Assembly (NCBI RefSeq): GCF_018350175.1
Contig: NC_058368.1
Location: 163,248,001 to 163,312,000 of the forward strand
Direction of reading: 5' to 3'
From: Felis catus
Lineage: Eukaryota
Length of the DNA stretch: 64,000 nucleotides
The position numbers were made by a program, and so were the translations under genes. Positions 62,001 through 64,000 of this stretch are shown here, piece after piece. Below the pieces are notes generated by a model, which saw only the letters and a list, made by a program, of their open reading frames with translations, was not told where the DNA came from and made no database searches. Within the stretch, counting starts at the first letter, position 1; every line of letters begins with the position of its first letter.

Positions 62001-64000
62001 GGTTCTCTTGTTGAATAAAGGAATTAATGGCCAATGTATTTATTTGATTCTTTGGTCAATTACAGATTTCAACTACTTTTTTTTCAAATGAAAATTGAAA
62101 GGAATGGAATTCTGAGTTTGTAAAAGCCAAATTCATTTTATGGTTCTTTCTACTAGGCTGTACTTAACTTCATAATGTTACTGTTCTTGAAATTAATATT
62201 CTGTACTGTATAAACTTTACATCATTCTTGCTACAAATTTATGGACATGGAAACAGAATATTAGCTTTGTATTACAAATAAAATAGTAACTCTGGGTCTG
62301 CAGCTTTAGTCTAGGAGGCAGAATCTTTGTCACTTATTTTTCAAACATACCGTCCACTCCCCACTTGGGCGCCTCTGCCCCTGCCCGTCCCTCAACTTGG
62401 ACTATGTGTGTCCATCTCCCACAGTGGAAACCCGACCCTCCAAACTCCCACTTCCATTGGCAACTCCTATATTTTTCTCTTTTTCTTATTCTCCTCTTGA
62501 AGGTTAAAATTTCTTTTCTTCCTCAAAATTCCCTGAGTCCTTTTTATAGTACTATAGTATAGTATAGGAATACTACATTCTAAACATGTCTTATATTAAC
62601 TGTGTTAAGTTCTCATCCCCCTTAATAGACTATATTGTCTTTTCATTTTATTCATGTTACAAAACCCAAATATATATTCCAACATTTTGAACAGGATATG
62701 AAATTCAGTATTGTGTTTTTTTGGGTGAGGGAATGGATTATCTCAAGGAAATATATTTTCAATTTTTCAAATAATAAAGACTACTAAGATTTGGATGTTC
62801 TATATTCCACAACTTTCAGGAATTAGAAAATAACAAATGAAATGGTTACACTTTTTTTTTTCATATGGTGATTTGTATTTTGTCTTTAGTTTACAAGGCA
62901 TGAAGAACCAAAGAGTAATTAGCTTTCATTTCGATGGGACCTTCTGTTCAGTTCATGGCTGTAAATACCAGCTTTGCTTCTACCTGCAACTTTAGTTCCC
63001 TTTTCTTTTAATGGGTGTTTTAGGGACATCAAAGGTAATAAAATCAATCAAAGAGATAAGTGGAATATTTTTTCAAAGGCTAGTACTTAAGGATGTGTTC
63101 CTGTTAAAGAATTTGAATACTGAATTTGTTTCAAGTGTTTGTATAATACCATATCTCCCTGCCAACTGGAAGAAGGACTGTCCTTGAATCCTGTTCTGCA
63201 TGAAATAATAAAATATAATCCCTTCTTCACATACGTTTAAAAAAAAAAAGAAAAAAAGAATACCAGGGAATGTGAAGTATTGTCATTAGACAGGATTATA
63301 TTTTCTTGCTGGCAGAGGCAATACTATAGCCTTCGGGCCCGTTTTTTCTCTTCCCCCATAAGGACTTCTTTCCTTTACCCACAGGATTCAGACAAAGCTG
63401 AAGGTTTTTGTTGCTGAAATCTCAAACAGCAAACCAAAGAGAAAGTTCAAGCAAATATCATCAGACTTTTAAAAATGTCATTGCTTGTGTAAGTTAATTG
63501 TGGTCTTTTGGGTGCTGGTGAGCCCCAAGCACCCCTTGGATTGGTCAGATATTCAATCATTTTATTTGTATCTGGTGTAAGGTATTCTTCTGGAAAGCAC
63601 TGATCATGAGGTTTTCTGATTTAATTTAACGTTAGTGCATGCTTTTTTGTTTTAACTTTGTTTTTTGCTTGTTTGATTGTTAGGTGTGTTTTTTTTTTTT
63701 TCAATTAGCTCAATATCTTGTGCATTCCAAAAGATAATTTAGAGGCTAATGTATTATTGTGATGTACTTCTATATGATCTTACTGATTTTTTGTTTTTAC
63801 TTTTGTTCATCTAGCTAATAGATTTATTTGAGTTTCCCCAAACCATGTTTATAATTGGTGATTAAAATAAAACTTTAAGGAACACTGCATGTTAGCTAAC
63901 TTGACCTCAAATTATATGTAAAAAATTAAAAATAATAATAATAATAAAGAAGAAATATTTTTCTTTGGAACTATTTTTATATTGCGAATGATACATATGA

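Noticed and set aside
1..64000. CRISPR arrays, operons, rRNA, intact tRNA genes, CpG-island promoter, host gene identity
   Set aside because: No regularly spaced repeat-spacer array, rRNA, complete tRNA or CpG island was seen. tRNA-like sequences are SINE heads or the 38-bp fragment. No exon was recognised well enough to name a gene.

Overview
This is AT-rich mammalian genomic DNA, not prokaryotic. The many tRNA-derived Can-SINEs (GGGGCGCCTGGGTGGCTCAGTCGGTT head, CT-rich linker, AATAAA/poly(A) tail; several are CpG-rich SINEC_Fc-type copies) point to a felid genome. The window reads as intronic or intergenic. I recognise no protein-coding gene; most listed ORFs are SINE, L1 or microsatellite read-throughs or chance ORFs. 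It holds about 16 Can-SINEs (most with readable target-site duplications, TSDs), several L1 fragments, L2/MIR remnants, MaLR solo LTRs, hAT MITEs (MER5/MER20-like) and STRs. Repeat subfamily names were assigned by eye and need RepeatMasker/Dfam confirmation. The most notable structures are: (1) one L1 insertion at 41.56-42.78 kb with a 15-bp TSD, twin-priming 5' inversion geometry and an apparent 3' transduction; (2) a ~475-bp tract of that L1 that is ~97% identical to a second L1 5.7 kb away while their flanks are far more diverged, suggesting gene conversion; (3) an unexplained, diverged ~230-bp inverted duplication at 33.4/36.2 kb; (4) a 38-bp TSD-flanked insert resembling a tRNA-Ile 5' end with no poly(A); (5) a few unassigned exon-like segments. 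I found no evidence for a wholly new multi-gene system.
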